From the NCBI RefSeq assembly GCF_000143415.4, contig NW_003314280.1, forward strand, positions 922,235 to 986,234: a stretch of 64,000 bases of DNA, given 5' to 3'. How positions within the stretch are numbered: position 1 is the first letter of the stretch; every line of letters begins with the position of its first letter. The notes beneath the pieces are model-generated. The model searched no databases and was not told the origin of the DNA. It saw only the letters and a list, made by a program, of their open reading frames with translations. Below, piece after piece: positions 10,889-22,782 of the stretch. Position numbers and translations under genes: made by a program. The stretch comes from Selaginella moellendorffii (Eukaryota > Plantae > Lycopodiophyta).

Positions 10889-13800
10889 CTACCGCCAGTA
10901 CTGTGCCCACCGATGGATCGTCTCTACCATCTGAGGAAACAACGCACTGACACTGTCGTTTATGAGCGTCTGGAAGAACTGAACGGCTTCTTCGTCATCC
11001 AGGTCGAGGCGGAACTTTTCTTGAAGCTGAAAACAAAACAAAGAAGCTCAGTACCGGAAAGATGAACGGGCGAGGGTATACTTTTAAGACTCCCTTTTCT
11101 GGATCAGAGGAGATGTCAGGCAGATTGGCCCCCGACATGAGAAAGAGAAGGTTCAATATGAGATTGCTTGACTTGCGCAGTATATTGTAAGCCTCGCAGC
11201 AGTACATCTTGAACTTCGAATAATGTTGGCTGTAAAGAGTACCCAAATGAAATCATCCAAGTAGCAGCTTTACCACTAACAAACCTGTCCATTCCGCCCA
11301 TAGCTTCCACCATTTCTTTACATAGCTTCATTGGAGGGGGAAACGGTTTTGAATCCCTTCCAAGAATGAAACCGAAGTCGACATGAAAGAGCCTTCCATC
11401 CTGCTGGAGAAGTAGATTGTCAAGATGCCTGCATAGAAAAGGAAAAAAACGTCAATAATTTTTAAACAGCATTCAATAGTACCTGTCGCCAACACCGAGT
11501 ATGTACGTTATAACACAGTATCCCGCACAGCTCTTGACAAAGGTTTCAAGGCAAGGAGAACTTATCCCGAATGGGCCCTCTTCATCGGGATGGAACTGTT
11601 TAAAGAACTGGATGATCGTCTTGTTCTCGGCCAAAACCTGTAAGAATCGTCAGAAACACAAGAGAATGCACATGAATCCCGGTTACCTGAGCCAAAGGTG
11701 TAGAATGTATAAATTCCACCATACCTTCCTCGTGCGAAGTGGAGAGAACTCTGTAAGGAGTTAGCTGCAAGTCAAGGTTTTCAGACTTAAGCAGCTTGTC
11801 CATGAGCGTTATGAGCTGAATCACCTGTAAGTTTGACAATAAAGCAATGATCAAAACACTTAAACATTTGAAATTGCATACCAATTGATCTTGCCGCAGA
11901 TCGTCCCCTTTCTTGAATATCACTCTGCACTTGCCACCCTCGACGGTCCGAAATGTCAATCGCAGCGGACTGAGGTTGCTTTTGAATACGGATGACTCGG
12001 CCGGTAAAATACCGATGAGCATAATTGTGGGATCCAACGGGAAAGGCAAAGCTTCGAAAGATGTGAGTTCGTTCATAATCCCCTGAAGCATTTCCCGCAA
12101 CCTGTCGATCTTCTTCTGTAAATTTCCGCGGACATTCTTTACATCCCGTGCGATAGTGCAAAGCTTCGCAAGCAGCTCAGACTGATGATGTAGCAGAGCA
12201 GCCATTGGAGGAGCAACGGACTCGTTGAAGTGCTCCAAGACCAACCAAAAACGCTTCGCATATACGACGTCGGCAAGTTCTACGTTGAGATACCACCGCA
12301 AGAAGTTTGCTAGCTCAGTATTGTGGACAGCTGCAAGAAACAAATATAGTGTAAAACTAAAAAATACGCAATGCTTACCTCTTTGAACCAGAAAATTCGC
12401 AAGGCGGGACTTGTCAGATCGCTCAAAGCGTAGGGCCTGCACAAGTTGGAATAGATACGACTGCAGTTCCTCATCGCCGGTCCTCTCGAGCACGTCAATT
12501 GCGTGGCCTCGAACCTCCTCACTTTCAAAAGCATGCGATAAAAGCTCCAACGCGTCAGCGATGTCAATCGTAGTCCACTTGTGCATTAGTTCTAATGCCT
12601 GCTTTGCTTCCTGCACCAAAAGTAGTTATAGATAAACAATAACAACTAGCTAATACCGTTGCATCGCTCCAGTCAACACATTTCAAGAACTTGGTGAGCG
12701 CTCTCTTCTCCCCCGTTAACGAGAACCGGAATTTCCACAGCGTCTGTCTTTCTTCTCCGTTCAGATTTCTTGTAGGGGGGTACTGCAAAATTCGCGCTAT
12801 TTCCCTGCATCATACACCCGAGTTGTGAGAAATAGTAATCAGGAACAAGCTCTAAAGCATACTTCCGATCCGTGATGCTGGGCTTTAGTTCGTGATCAAT
12901 GACGCCTCTTGTCACATGACGAGCCAGTTTTATTTGCTTGTTCTCGCAAGGATTTTGACGACCAACTTCTGGATCAGGTATCACAACCAGTTGATGTCTA
13001 GGGGATTGGAGCACTAAATCCTGTTCGAAGAGAAAACATCAGAGCCCGAAAAGAGAAAGAACACGTCACAACAAACCTGGAATGCGACAGGATGCATAAA
13101 CGATAGAAGCTCCACGACCAAATGCAAGTTCTTCTGACCGATCCGTTTGCTTTCTTCCTCTTTGATTCGGTCGATGGCTTTGAAAGTCAAGTTGTCCAGC
13201 CAATCTATACGTTCGATTTGGCCTCTCTCGTATTTATTGAGAGCCTTGTCAAGCCTTTCCAGCTCTCCCCTTTCATGCTTCGGAACCTGCAACTTACTTG
13301 CTCGTCAAGAGAAAGAAAGAGCTGAAAACTCACCTTGCCTGGCGTGCTACTAACGACTGCTCCATCAGCGATCCTACCACGCCACAGCCGGAGCTTTTGC
13401 TTGCCAGTCTTGAGCTCTTTCTTCTTGCTGAAAATCCGAAAGCTTGCACCACCGACAGCAACTTCTTGCCTTGGGTACGAGACGTCCCAGACCTGCAAGG
13501 ATTTTTTTCTCCATTGCTCAAGACTCTTCCTCAAAGAACAAAGAAAGAAAAGGAAATTTCTTACAGTGAATGTCAGCTGCGTAGTGGCCGTCAAATCTCT
13601 GTACTTGGCGCTGAGCGTGATCATCTCGTTCCATTTGTATGGCTTCTCGATCGGTGCCAAACTAAGGACAGCTACATCAGACACAGAGAGAAAGAATTCG
13701 AAATATTTTCCTACCGCGTCTTGGTCGGCAGGCCGAAGAGCACGCCATCGATGTAGAGCGAGCATTCCACGAACAAATCAGGGACAGGGCTGTGCTCCGC

Positions 13801-13938
13801 CAACGCGAAATCCGTGGCATTCTTGAGAGTAGCCTCCGTGTACCGCTGGAGATCGCCCTCCAGCGACTCGACGCGCAGCGTGACGGGCAGATTGATATCG
13901 GAAGAGAGGAAGAATCGCTCGCCATTGCTGCCCGCCAT
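10889..13938 (-). CDS. VPS34: Class III phosphatidylinositol 3-kinase VPS34, multi-exon
   Basis: [12 protein letters not shown]-terminus, C2 domain ([10 protein letters not shown]), PIK helical region, [32 protein letters not shown]-terminal WAQYWR*. Confidence 0.97.
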
Positions 13939-14160
13939 GAAGCATACTCACTCCCCCAAGAACCCTAAACACTGCTATTACTAAAAATGCAAAGAGGAAA
14001 ATGTGAATATTCGTTATGAAGTTGAAAATATTCTCCACAATGAACTTTTGCTACTATCAAATCAAAGAGTTTCTAAGAGCATGCTTAAAGCAAAGAGACC
14101 TGTACAGCTTGGAGCGAGGACCTCGCTATTCTTTTTTCACCCTCTCTCTGTGGAGATTGA

Positions 14161-15041
14161 TCACCAGATCTCCCGCAGGATCCCAAACAGCGACGTCGGC
14201 TCGGCTGCTGCTTCACTCCCGGCTGGCGTTTCTTCGCTGAACTCTGGAAATTCGGTGGCTACGTCGTTGATCTTCTGGAATTCACGACCCAAAAAGAGAG
14301 AACAACGACACTCTTAGTAAACAATGTGAAAGGGAAAGGAGAAAAAGGAAGAAATGCAAGTAGTACCTCTTCCGCGCTCAATGATTCCATATCCAAGTCC
14401 AAGTTCTTCAAACGCTCCTGGTACCATCGTCTTCCAATGATGATCATGCCGGTGACGGTGGCGACCACCACAATCGACCAGAGGGTGCTACTCCTGTTCA
14501 CCTTCTTTGCCACAAACTGGAGCCTCCTCTTGATCCATTCTTTGCCCCCACTCTTATCCTTGGCAGGGGTCTTGTTGACAATGGTGGCGGCAGCGACGAT
14601 CTCCCCCGTGACAACTCCTCCCTCGCTCTTGATCTCACGCGAGCCCTGGCCGGAGTCCCCGAATTCCAGGGGGGCGGTCTCGCCGCTCCTCGGGCTGGAC
14701 AGCGACGACACGAGAATCTGCTGCTCGATCTCCGCCGTGCCGCTGGAAATCTCGCTGGCCTTGGCCGCAGCAGCGGCGGCGACATCCTCCTGCTTCGCCA
14801 CATCCCCGCCGAGAGCAAAAATTTCTCCCGGAGCCGAGCCGCCGCCCACCGCCTGGCCGAAATATTGCGAATGCAGAGTGAGATCCGCCACGCCGCTGGA
14901 AGAATCGTGGGACGGCGCCGCTTCGGCAGCTGCTAGGGCAGATTTGAGGTCCGCCGCGGAAGATCCTGTCATGGACATGGAGAGAAGCTCCCAATCGGTG
15001 GGGACGTCGGATTTCTTGTTGTTGCCGCTGCTGTCGTCCAT
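14161..15041 (-). CDS. ATG8-interacting protein ATI1/ATI2-like single-pass membrane protein (2 exons)
   Basis: N-terminal AIM-like DWELLS; TLWSIVVVATVTGMIIIGRRWYQERL resembles the ATI1/2 TM + WQQERW block; last exon KINDVATE...LREIW*. Confidence 0.72.
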
Positions 15042-15399
15042 CGCGCTGGGCGATCGAAACCCCACCTGGAACAAAGAAGAACCCTAGAATCCGGAATGCT
15101 ACACACTCGGAGATGAGACTGGAAACCCCAGTGCTAGTCACTATTTTTGCCAAGCCCGTCCTCCACGTAAGCGAAACACCGGTATCCACGCAAGTAAAAT
15201 AAAGAAATATCTATCGGCATCGTATTGATTGCTAGCCTTCCAAAAAATACCGAGATTTGGATTACCTTTGGAACGATCTAGCTCGAAACTGGCAAACTAT
15301 TTGAGATCTTTGGAACGATCGAGCTCGAAACTGGGAAAACGATAAAGAATGATGCAGATGTATCGAAAAGAAAATTCGTCTAATCAATCAATCGAGTTC

Positions 15400-17200
15400 T
15401 CATCCTTGAATGAGTGGGAGGCCAACAGCGATGACGATGAACGTTGCAGGAGCTCCAAATCTCAAGTGATTCCAGAAGGAGAGATTGTATGGATGCTCCT
15501 CCATTCTGCTGGCCTGCTCGCTCACGATTATGTTGGCCGCCGATCCAACCAGCGTCAAGTTTCCAGCCACGGTGCTCACCCAGGCGAGGATCAGCCACGC
15601 TTTCTTCACGCTCGCTCCCTCGGTTGCGGCGGCCGAGGCTGCTACTCGAGCACCCAAGAGAAGAACTAGAATGAAAACCAGAAAGAAGAGATCATGAGCA
15701 AAGAAGAATACTCTCGTCCTTCCAAACTTACCTGTAGGCACATTTGATGCAACGTTGGAGAGGAGGATTACCACCGCGGACAGAATTGCAATTCCAGCAG
15801 CCGTGTTGATGCGAGCGTGTGGTTCGACGGCGTCCCAGAGTTGTCCAGGAGCGCCAGTCCGGTTGAAACCACGCACTGCTATAAACATCCCCGAGAAGAA
15901 TACCAGCAGGGAGTATGATACCTGGTGTAACCAGTGACGCAAGCAAGTACCACCAAAGAAAAAGATAGAAAAGTTTGGCGCTTGCCTGGTCGAGGCTCGG
16001 ACTAGCATCCGTGAAGTCCAACACCATGAGAACAATCGCCGCGGTGATGGCCGTCCATGAGAGATCCAAGCCGTAAAGGAACGCCACCAGCATGCCGATC
16101 GTCACCAGATACACGGACACCTTCCAGACCTTCTTCCGGAATCTTTGAAACCGACTGAGACTTGCCTGTGGAGTGTCCTGAAGCTCGGCGTGAGGAGGAA
16201 CTTGGAAGTGCCCGGAACCTTTGGGCTCTAGCCGCAGGATCTCGTTGATGGCAATGAGCGACGCGCGTTGAAGGTGGCGGGACGACGAACTTGATCTAGG
16301 CAGCGGAGGAGCTCCAGCTTCTTGCCTCAATTGTCCGTCGGGTGTGCTAGTAGATGCTGCTACACTCTTTCCAAGGTCGGGTGTATCAGCTGCTTGTCCT
16401 TCCAGGTCTGGAGTTTGGTAAGAACTGTCCTGCTGTTTTGGTTCTTGTCGATGATCTTGCTGCTGGCTTCGTTGTTCTTGAGTGAAGCTCAATCCAGAAT
16501 TGAGCAGCTCCGTCTCCGGCCGCTGCTGCTCTAGTTTGATCGAGATGTCACTACTCTCAGCGTCCTCGTCCACACCTCGCAGCTTCTTCCAGTAGTAAGC
16601 CAGCAAGAGCAGCGTGTTTGCAATGAGTCCCAGGACCATGGCCGGCACCACCCCACCCAAAAACTTGCCAAACGCGATCTTGCTCTCCACGGCGATCACC
16701 AAGTTCTGTGGATTGCCGATCGGGGTGGCCGCGGAGCCAATGTTGGCACTGGAAGCAAGAGCAATCAGATAGGGCTGAGGGGGGAGCTTCTTTTCTCTGC
16801 ATACCTCGAGAACAAACTGCGTGAGCACGACACAGGTGGTGTCATTGGTGAAGAGCGCGCTACACAGCGCCGAGAGGAGGCAAAGCCGACATAGCAGATC
16901 CTTGCCGCCGAGGCTCCGCCACGAGAGGGCGTGGCCCAGGTACTTGAACGCGTCGGCCCTCTCCAGATAGACGCTTACGACCATGGTGCCGAAGAGGAGC
17001 CCCAGAATCGGCAGATCCACGGCCGCGAATGCCTCGGCCGGCGAGAGAACCTGGAAGACGACCATGAGGCAAGCGCCGAGCAGCGACCCGGCAGTCCTCC
17101 CGATCGGCAAGAACGGCACCACGGGCACCACCGCCATAATCCAGAAGACGCCGAAGGCGAAGCATCCCAGGACGACCTTGGGCGTCGACGCCCACGCCAT
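15400..17200 (-). CDS. Lsi2: Silicon efflux transporter Lsi2 (ArsB/CitM family)
   Basis: [77 protein letters not shown]; two introns in the 3' part. Confidence 0.93.
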
Positions 17201-17511
17201 GGCGGCAGCTTCTCCGCACCGAATCGATCAAGCCTGGCTCGCCGCCCTAGCGCGAAGCTGCGCGACCTAAAATATTTTCATCCCACCGTGACACATTTAA
17301 GCGCGCCAATGACGTCGGCATATTCTGGGTTTAGGGCTCAAGTAAAATTCAAAGTTTCGCGCCAATAGCCCTTAGAATATGCTGGAATTTAGGGTAAGCA
17401 CTTTCTCGCCTTTTAGCGATGCGGTGGACGATGGCCACGAAGACTCCCCTCGGCTCTCGTTAGGTCCCTAGCGATGGTCGATAGGGATCGATAGGGAAGA
17501 TCTTGCGTCTA

Positions 17512-20500
17512 ATGGGGGCGGCCCTTCTCCTTGTGATAGCGATTCTGCGCAGCTGCCACTCCTTGACGATCCACCAGTGCGATTTGGACGCCGGCGAGGA
17601 GAATGCTCTCGCGGCCCTGATGCAATCACGCATCGGCGTGTTCTATTCCTGCGATCGGTCGGGGCATGTTAAATCCTTGGAGCTGTATGCGAAGGATGCG
17701 AGAATCATCCCCAGGCAAGTTTGTGATTTTCCATGGCTGGTAAGCTTGTCCGTCGTTGGTGGTGAGAATTCCCTCCCCTCTTGCTCTTGCGGGATTGCTA
17801 GCCTCGAGCATGTAGATCTCTACTCGTTTTCGTCGGAGTCCTTTCTTCCAAGTTGTGGTCCCCGTGATCTTCCTAGCTTGGTGTTTCTTCAGTTTTATAG
17901 TGTCAATGCCTCGATCCCCATGGACACGGTTTGCAGTCTCTTCCATCTCGAACAGCTCCATATTATAGAGAGTTATTTGTTTCTAGGATCCATAGCTTGT
18001 GTTTCCAGGCTTTTGCATCTTACCACCATTCAACTGACTAGGTGTGGCTTGATGCTTGAGATTCCATCGGAGTTATGTGAGCTAGAACGCTTGACAGAAC
18101 TGGATATGAGTCAAAACTCCCTCTTTGGTCCCATCCCTCCGTGTCTAGGATCCTTGAAAAATCTTACTGAGCTTCTTCTCTTCCAAAACAACCTGAGTGG
18201 GAAAATCCCAGCCTCTCTCGTCCAGCTTAAACTTCTCAAGAGCCTAGTCCTGTATGCCAATAACTTGGAAGGTCCTATTCCACCACTTCAAGGGAATAAG
18301 ATCGAGGTCTTGGATCTATCAAGTAACAACCTCACAGGTGCATTGCCGGACGTCATAGCAAACTTATCGAGCTTGAGAGTACTCTCAGCAGCCAATAACT
18401 CACTTAGCGGCGTTCTTCCTCGTTTCGCCAGCAGCTCCAGGATACAGGAACTTGATCTTTCAACAAACGAGTTTTATGGGCCGCTCCAGCCAACTATATG
18501 CAACCTCACAAGGCTAAGTGTTCTCAGGCTTTCACGTAACTATCTCAACTCGGACTTCTTGTTAACTCCCAATTGTTTCCAGAGCATAACAGAGTTGGAC
18601 TTGCACGCCAACCAGCTCTATGGACGCTTGCCTCCAGGTTTGCTGAGCTTATCCACTTTGGAGAGAATAGATCTTTCTATGAATCAGTTCACAGGCTCTC
18701 TACCAGCACTAGGCCACAACATGACCGGTTTGACATCCATGGAACTATCTAACAACTGGCTAACAGGAACTCTGGAAGACTTGCGTTTTAACGAGCAGTG
18801 CAATCTTGGAGGTTTAGACTTGTCACACAATGACATCGGTGGCACCATACCAGGCTACATAAGCAACTGCAGCGGATTAAATGTGCTAAATCTCAATGAC
18901 AATTCTTTTCAAGGGACTATTCCATGGGAACTCGGCAACTTGGTTGGCTTGGGTACGGTAATGCTTCGGGGTAACAGGCTAGGCGGGGAACTCCCAGAGA
19001 GTTTAGGAAACTTGACAGTGTTAACTGTTCTAGAACTGAGCGAAAACAGTTTTACAGGGAAGCTGGAATCGACGGGTATAAACAGGCTGCGGTATCTCAA
19101 CCTTCTCCTACTCAGGTCGAACGCCTTCGATGGATTAATTCCAAACTGGATAGGGAGCTTTTCGGCTTTCCTCTCTGGGATAGATCTTTCACACAACAGG
19201 TTCTCTGGACAACTCTCTCATGACATAGATATGACGGGCTTGGGAATCATTCCCCTTCCAAGGTGGCCATTGCAGCTGCTTGGCTTCCCAATAGTAAACG
19301 ACATACTTATCAATCAGAAAGGACAGCTTCGTCGTTATGAGAGCATGCCATACCAGATAAGTTTTCTCGATCTCTCCAGCAACTTTTTAGAGGGAGAGCT
19401 TCCGGACTCTTTCGGTAACATGCAGCGGCTCATGTACCTGACACTCTCGGGAAACAGGTTCAGTGGAAAGATCCCGGCTAGTTTTGGAAGACTTTCAGTG
19501 CTTGAGGGCCTAGACTTGACAAGGAACAGACTATCTGACTCAATTCCGGAGACTCTCGTCAATCTTACTAAGCTGGGATACTTCAACGTTTCTTACAACA
19601 ATCTCTCAGGAACAGTTCCCTCCAAAGGCCAGTTTTCTACTTTCGGCTGCGATTCATATATCGGAAACAAGTACCTCAACCTGCCCTGCTCCCAAGTTCT
19701 AGAAAGCGGGCTTGTGCAGAGAAAGATGGTAATTGGTTGGCATCGCGGGTTGATACTTGGTTTGATAGGCGTGGCCATTGGCTGCGTCGTACTTCTGGTT
19801 GGGTTTGCGTTCCTCTACTACTACAAATGGAAAGTCAGAACTCCAGCAGCAGCTGGCGAGCAGAAACTTTGCTCGATCTCGTCAAGCATGAGAAAAAGCG
19901 AGCTCTGGACCGCCACCCAAGGCTTTGACGCCAAAAACATAATCGGAACAGGCGCTTCGAGCACTGTTTACAAAGGCAGGCTAGCCCGGGATGGAAAGTC
20001 TGTGGCCATCAAAGTTTTCAGGCCTCGGAAGGATGATTGGAACTCGGCAACGGAAATTGAAGCCTTGAGCAGAATCAAGCACAGGAACTTGGTCCGTTTT
20101 CTCGGGGTCTGCTGGGAGGACGACTGTAAGGCACTTGTGTTTGATCTCATGCCGAATGGAACACTCGACTCACATCTCCATGACGTTTCCGAGAAGGTTA
20201 AGGTTTTCACCATGAAACAAAGGCTGAAGGTTGCTCTCGGAGTGGCTTACGCTGTTCGATACCTCCACCACGAACTCAATGCCGGCGAAGCAATCGTTCA
20301 CGGAGACTTGAAGCCGAGCAACATTTTCCTGGATGACGAGATGGAAGCGCACGTCGGAGACTTTGGAGCGGCCAGACTCTTGCAAGCTGTTAATGCCTAC
20401 GAGGATTCCAAGTCGGAGTTGAGAGGCTCCATTGGCTACATGCCACCAGGTACGCTTTACAGCTTCTTTTTAAAACTTTTTCGATGCTTCGAGTTTCCAG

Positions 20501-20826
20501 AGTTAGCGGTCTCGAACAAGCTTTGCGCGAAGACCGATGTCTACAGCTATGGAATCATCCTTCTGGAAATGCTCACGGGCAAGCGACCCACGAATAGCAT
20601 GTTTAAAGACGGGAGAACCCTTCACGACTGGGCTCGTTCCAGCTTTCCAAATCTGGAAATCTTGCTGGATCCAACACTGTTGTCCCAGGAAGAGCCTCTC
20701 GAGTTCCCGGTGGCAAGAGAACTCTTCCGGCTCGGCATTCTCTGTAGCAGCGAGCAGCGCGAGCACCGGCCAACTATGGACTTCGTCACGTCGATGCTAG
20801 CTCAAATAAGCAGCCTGGGAAACTGA
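17512..20826 (+). CDS. LRR receptor-like kinase with non-RD kinase (LRR-XII/FLS2-like kinase); one 51-bp in-frame intron at 20450-20500
   Basis: Signal peptide, ~20 plant LRRs (LxxLxLxxNxLSGxIP), TM segment, IGTGASSTVYKG, HGDLKPSNIFL, DFG, GSIGYMPPE after splicing. Confidence 0.93.
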   Translation: MGAALLLVIAILRSCHSLTIHQCDLDAGEENALAALMQSRIGVFYSCDRSGHVKSLELYAKDARIIPRQVCDFPWLVSLSVVGGENSLPSCSCGIASLEHVDLYSFSSESFLPSCGPRDLPSLVFLQFYSVNASIPMDTVCSLFHLEQLHIIESYLFLGSIACVSRLLHLTTIQLTRCGLMLEIPSELCELERLTELDMSQNSLFGPIPPCLGSLKNLTELLLFQNNLSGKIPASLVQLKLLKSLVLYANNLEGPIPPLQGNKIEVLDLSSNNLTGALPDVIANLSSLRVLSAANNSLSGVLPRFASSSRIQELDLSTNEFYGPLQPTICNLTRLSVLRLSRNYLNSDFLLTPNCFQSITELDLHANQLYGRLPPGLLSLSTLERIDLSMNQFTGSLPALGHNMTGLTSMELSNNWLTGTLEDLRFNEQCNLGGLDLSHNDIGGTIPGYISNCSGLNVLNLNDNSFQGTIPWELGNLVGLGTVMLRGNRLGGELPESLGNLTVLTVLELSENSFTGKLESTGINRLRYLNLLLLRSNAFDGLIPNWIGSFSAFLSGIDLSHNRFSGQLSHDIDMTGLGIIPLPRWPLQLLGFPIVNDILINQKGQLRRYESMPYQISFLDLSSNFLEGELPDSFGNMQRLMYLTLSGNRFSGKIPASFGRLSVLEGLDLTRNRLSDSIPETLVNLTKLGYFNVSYNNLSGTVPSKGQFSTFGCDSYIGNKYLNLPCSQVLESGLVQRKMVIGWHRGLILGLIGVAIGCVVLLVGFAFLYYYKWKVRTPAAAGEQKLCSISSSMRKSELWTATQGFDAKNIIGTGASSTVYKGRLARDGKSVAIKVFRPRKDDWNSATEIEALSRIKHRNLVRFLGVCWEDDCKALVFDLMPNGTLDSHLHDVSEKVKVFTMKQRLKVALGVAYAVRYLHHELNAGEAIVHGDLKPSNIFLDDEMEAHVGDFGAARLLQAVNAYEDSKSELRGSIGYMPPGTLYSFFLKLFRCFEFPELAVSNKLCAKTDVYSYGIILLEMLTGKRPTNSMFKDGRTLHDWARSSFPNLEILLDPTLLSQEEPLEFPVARELFRLGILCSSEQREHRPTMDFVTSMLAQISSLGN

Positions 20827-20861
20827 ATGGTAAGCCTTCTTTAAAGAAGAAAACCCGAGGC

Positions 20862-22492
20862 TCATATGCTTATATCTTTGTAGCGCTTGAAAATCTCCTC
20901 TACTCCTGCGGTAACTTCCGCCGGAAGGGGCCTCGGAACTTGGAAGGCATCGATGTTCTCTTTGAGCTGCTCCATCGTCGTGGCACCAATGATGGTGCTG
21001 GTCACAAAGGGACGATCGCGCACAAATCCGAGAGCAAGCTGGACTGGAGTTAAGCCGTGCTGCTTCCCGAGGCTCACGTATTTGTTTACGGCTTCCTGAC
21101 AGAAACGGCACCCACATCGGGTAAGTATGATGGAAGCTTGTCATGACCGACCTGTGCAAGAGATGTCTTATATCGTCCCATGTATCCAGGGAACGCGTTC
21201 AATCGTCCTCGCTTCGCAGCGGGGCTGTCAGGATTGGCGTACTTTCCACTCAAGGCACCGCCAGCCAGTGGAGAGTACGCCAGCAATCCAACGTTGCAGT
21301 TGTGATGGCTACACACCTCCGTTAAGTCGACTGTTCACAGGAAACGTTGTCAGACGAAGTCCACGGGATGCGAGTTTGCACCTTCAAAGCGGCAGCGAAC
21401 GAGCAAGCTGTAGTTGTTTTGGATGCTCACGATCTTGGGAAGGCCGAGCTTCTCCGCAGCATCAGTGAATCTCATGATGCCAAACGATGTTTCGTTTGAG
21501 ACGCCAACGTAGCGAACCTGGCGTATCGTGAGTATCGTGAGAACGATGAATCAAAACAAGCCTTCAAGCGAGAACCTTTCCCTCCTGAATGACCGAGTTG
21601 AGAGCTTCCAGTTGCTCCTCGAACGACACGCTCTCTCGCCACCTCGATACATCGTAGAAAAACTCGCCAAAGAGGGGCACGTATCGATCAGGCCTGAATC
21701 AAACTATATAGGAGAAGAAGCAAACAAAAAGATAGAGGAAAACCATACCAGTGTATCTGTAGAAGATCAATGTGGTCCGTCCCGAGGCGCAGCAAGCTCT
21801 TCTCCACACTTTCTTTCACGTTTGCTGCGTCGACTCTCACAGTCTTTCCACTCTCGCGGAGGTAAGATGATCGATCGGAATAGCCTGAAACTTTAGTCGC
21901 GATTATTACCTGGAGAAACCAACACGCATGCCAACAAGATAGTTTGCAACAGTAAAAAGGAAAAGGAGGAAAATATAAGCTAGGCAAACAAAAGCATCAA
22001 GAAATCTAGAGCTTACCTTGTCGCGCGATTGGTTTTTCAGCCAGGAGCCAATGTAGCGATCTGTCCGCCCTTGTGTCTCTTTGGCCGGAGGAACAGGATA
22101 CTGTCAGACAAACCATGTAAGATACTTCCCAAGATAATACCAAAGCATTCTATACCATCTCGGCAGTGTCGAGTATGTTGATTCCATTCTCGAGGGCATA
22201 GCTTAGTTGCTCGTGAGCGTCGGCCTCGCTGTTTTGGACCCCCCAGGTCATCTAGAAGCAAGCCGCAAGCAGCGCGATGGATTGATACTCTCAAAATCCA
22301 AGCAAAAAAAACAGTGCAACTTACAGTTCCCAGCGTGACCTCGCTGACGACGAGCTCCGAGTCGCCGAGCTTGTTGTAGCGCATCGAGGCGCTGGCGCTG
22401 GCGCGGGCAGCTACATCTCTCCTGGATGTAAATCGAAAACTCCTGCCAGCATTGAGAGCTTGCAATGGAGGAGGAGGAGCCACGGTAGCCAT
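20862..22492 (-). CDS. Plastid aldo-keto reductase (Tas-like), multi-exon
   Basis: Transit peptide; MRYNKLGDSELVVSEVTLGT, NILDTAE, IIATKV, SLLRLGTDHIDLLQIHW, LLAYSPLAGGALSGKY, STIIGATTMEQLKENI. Confidence 0.92.
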
Positions 22493-22607
22493 GGCAAGCC
22501 CTAAGCTTTAAACCTTGCATGGATTCATTTTTATTAGGGAGAATTATTCGATTTAGTAAAAGTTGATTTTAGTAAAAGCTTTTTTAAGATATATATATAT
22601 ATGTATA

Positions 22608-22781
22608 TGTGAGGGCCAAGTGTATGGCTACGATGCCGTATACTAATATTAGCGTAATAGATTTTGGTAGCTGTCGGATTGGTTTCAATCCGGACCACTC
22701 GCTCATGTATATAAGCTAGGGTTTTTGGGCTAATTGAGATGCACATTTCTGTATTCCCTTTCCATATTCCATGCACTCACA
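22608..22781 (+). repeat. 5' LTR (174 bp)
   Basis: TG...CA ends with TGTGAG/CTCACA inverted termini; TATATAA box; 7 mismatches to the 3' LTR counted by eye. Confidence 0.95.
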
Positions 22782-22782
22782 T

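Noticed and set aside
15266-15340. Two copies of CTTTGGAACGATC.AGCTCGAAACTGG
   Set aside because: Simple local duplication in a 3' region; only two units, not CRISPR-like, and the context is eukaryotic.
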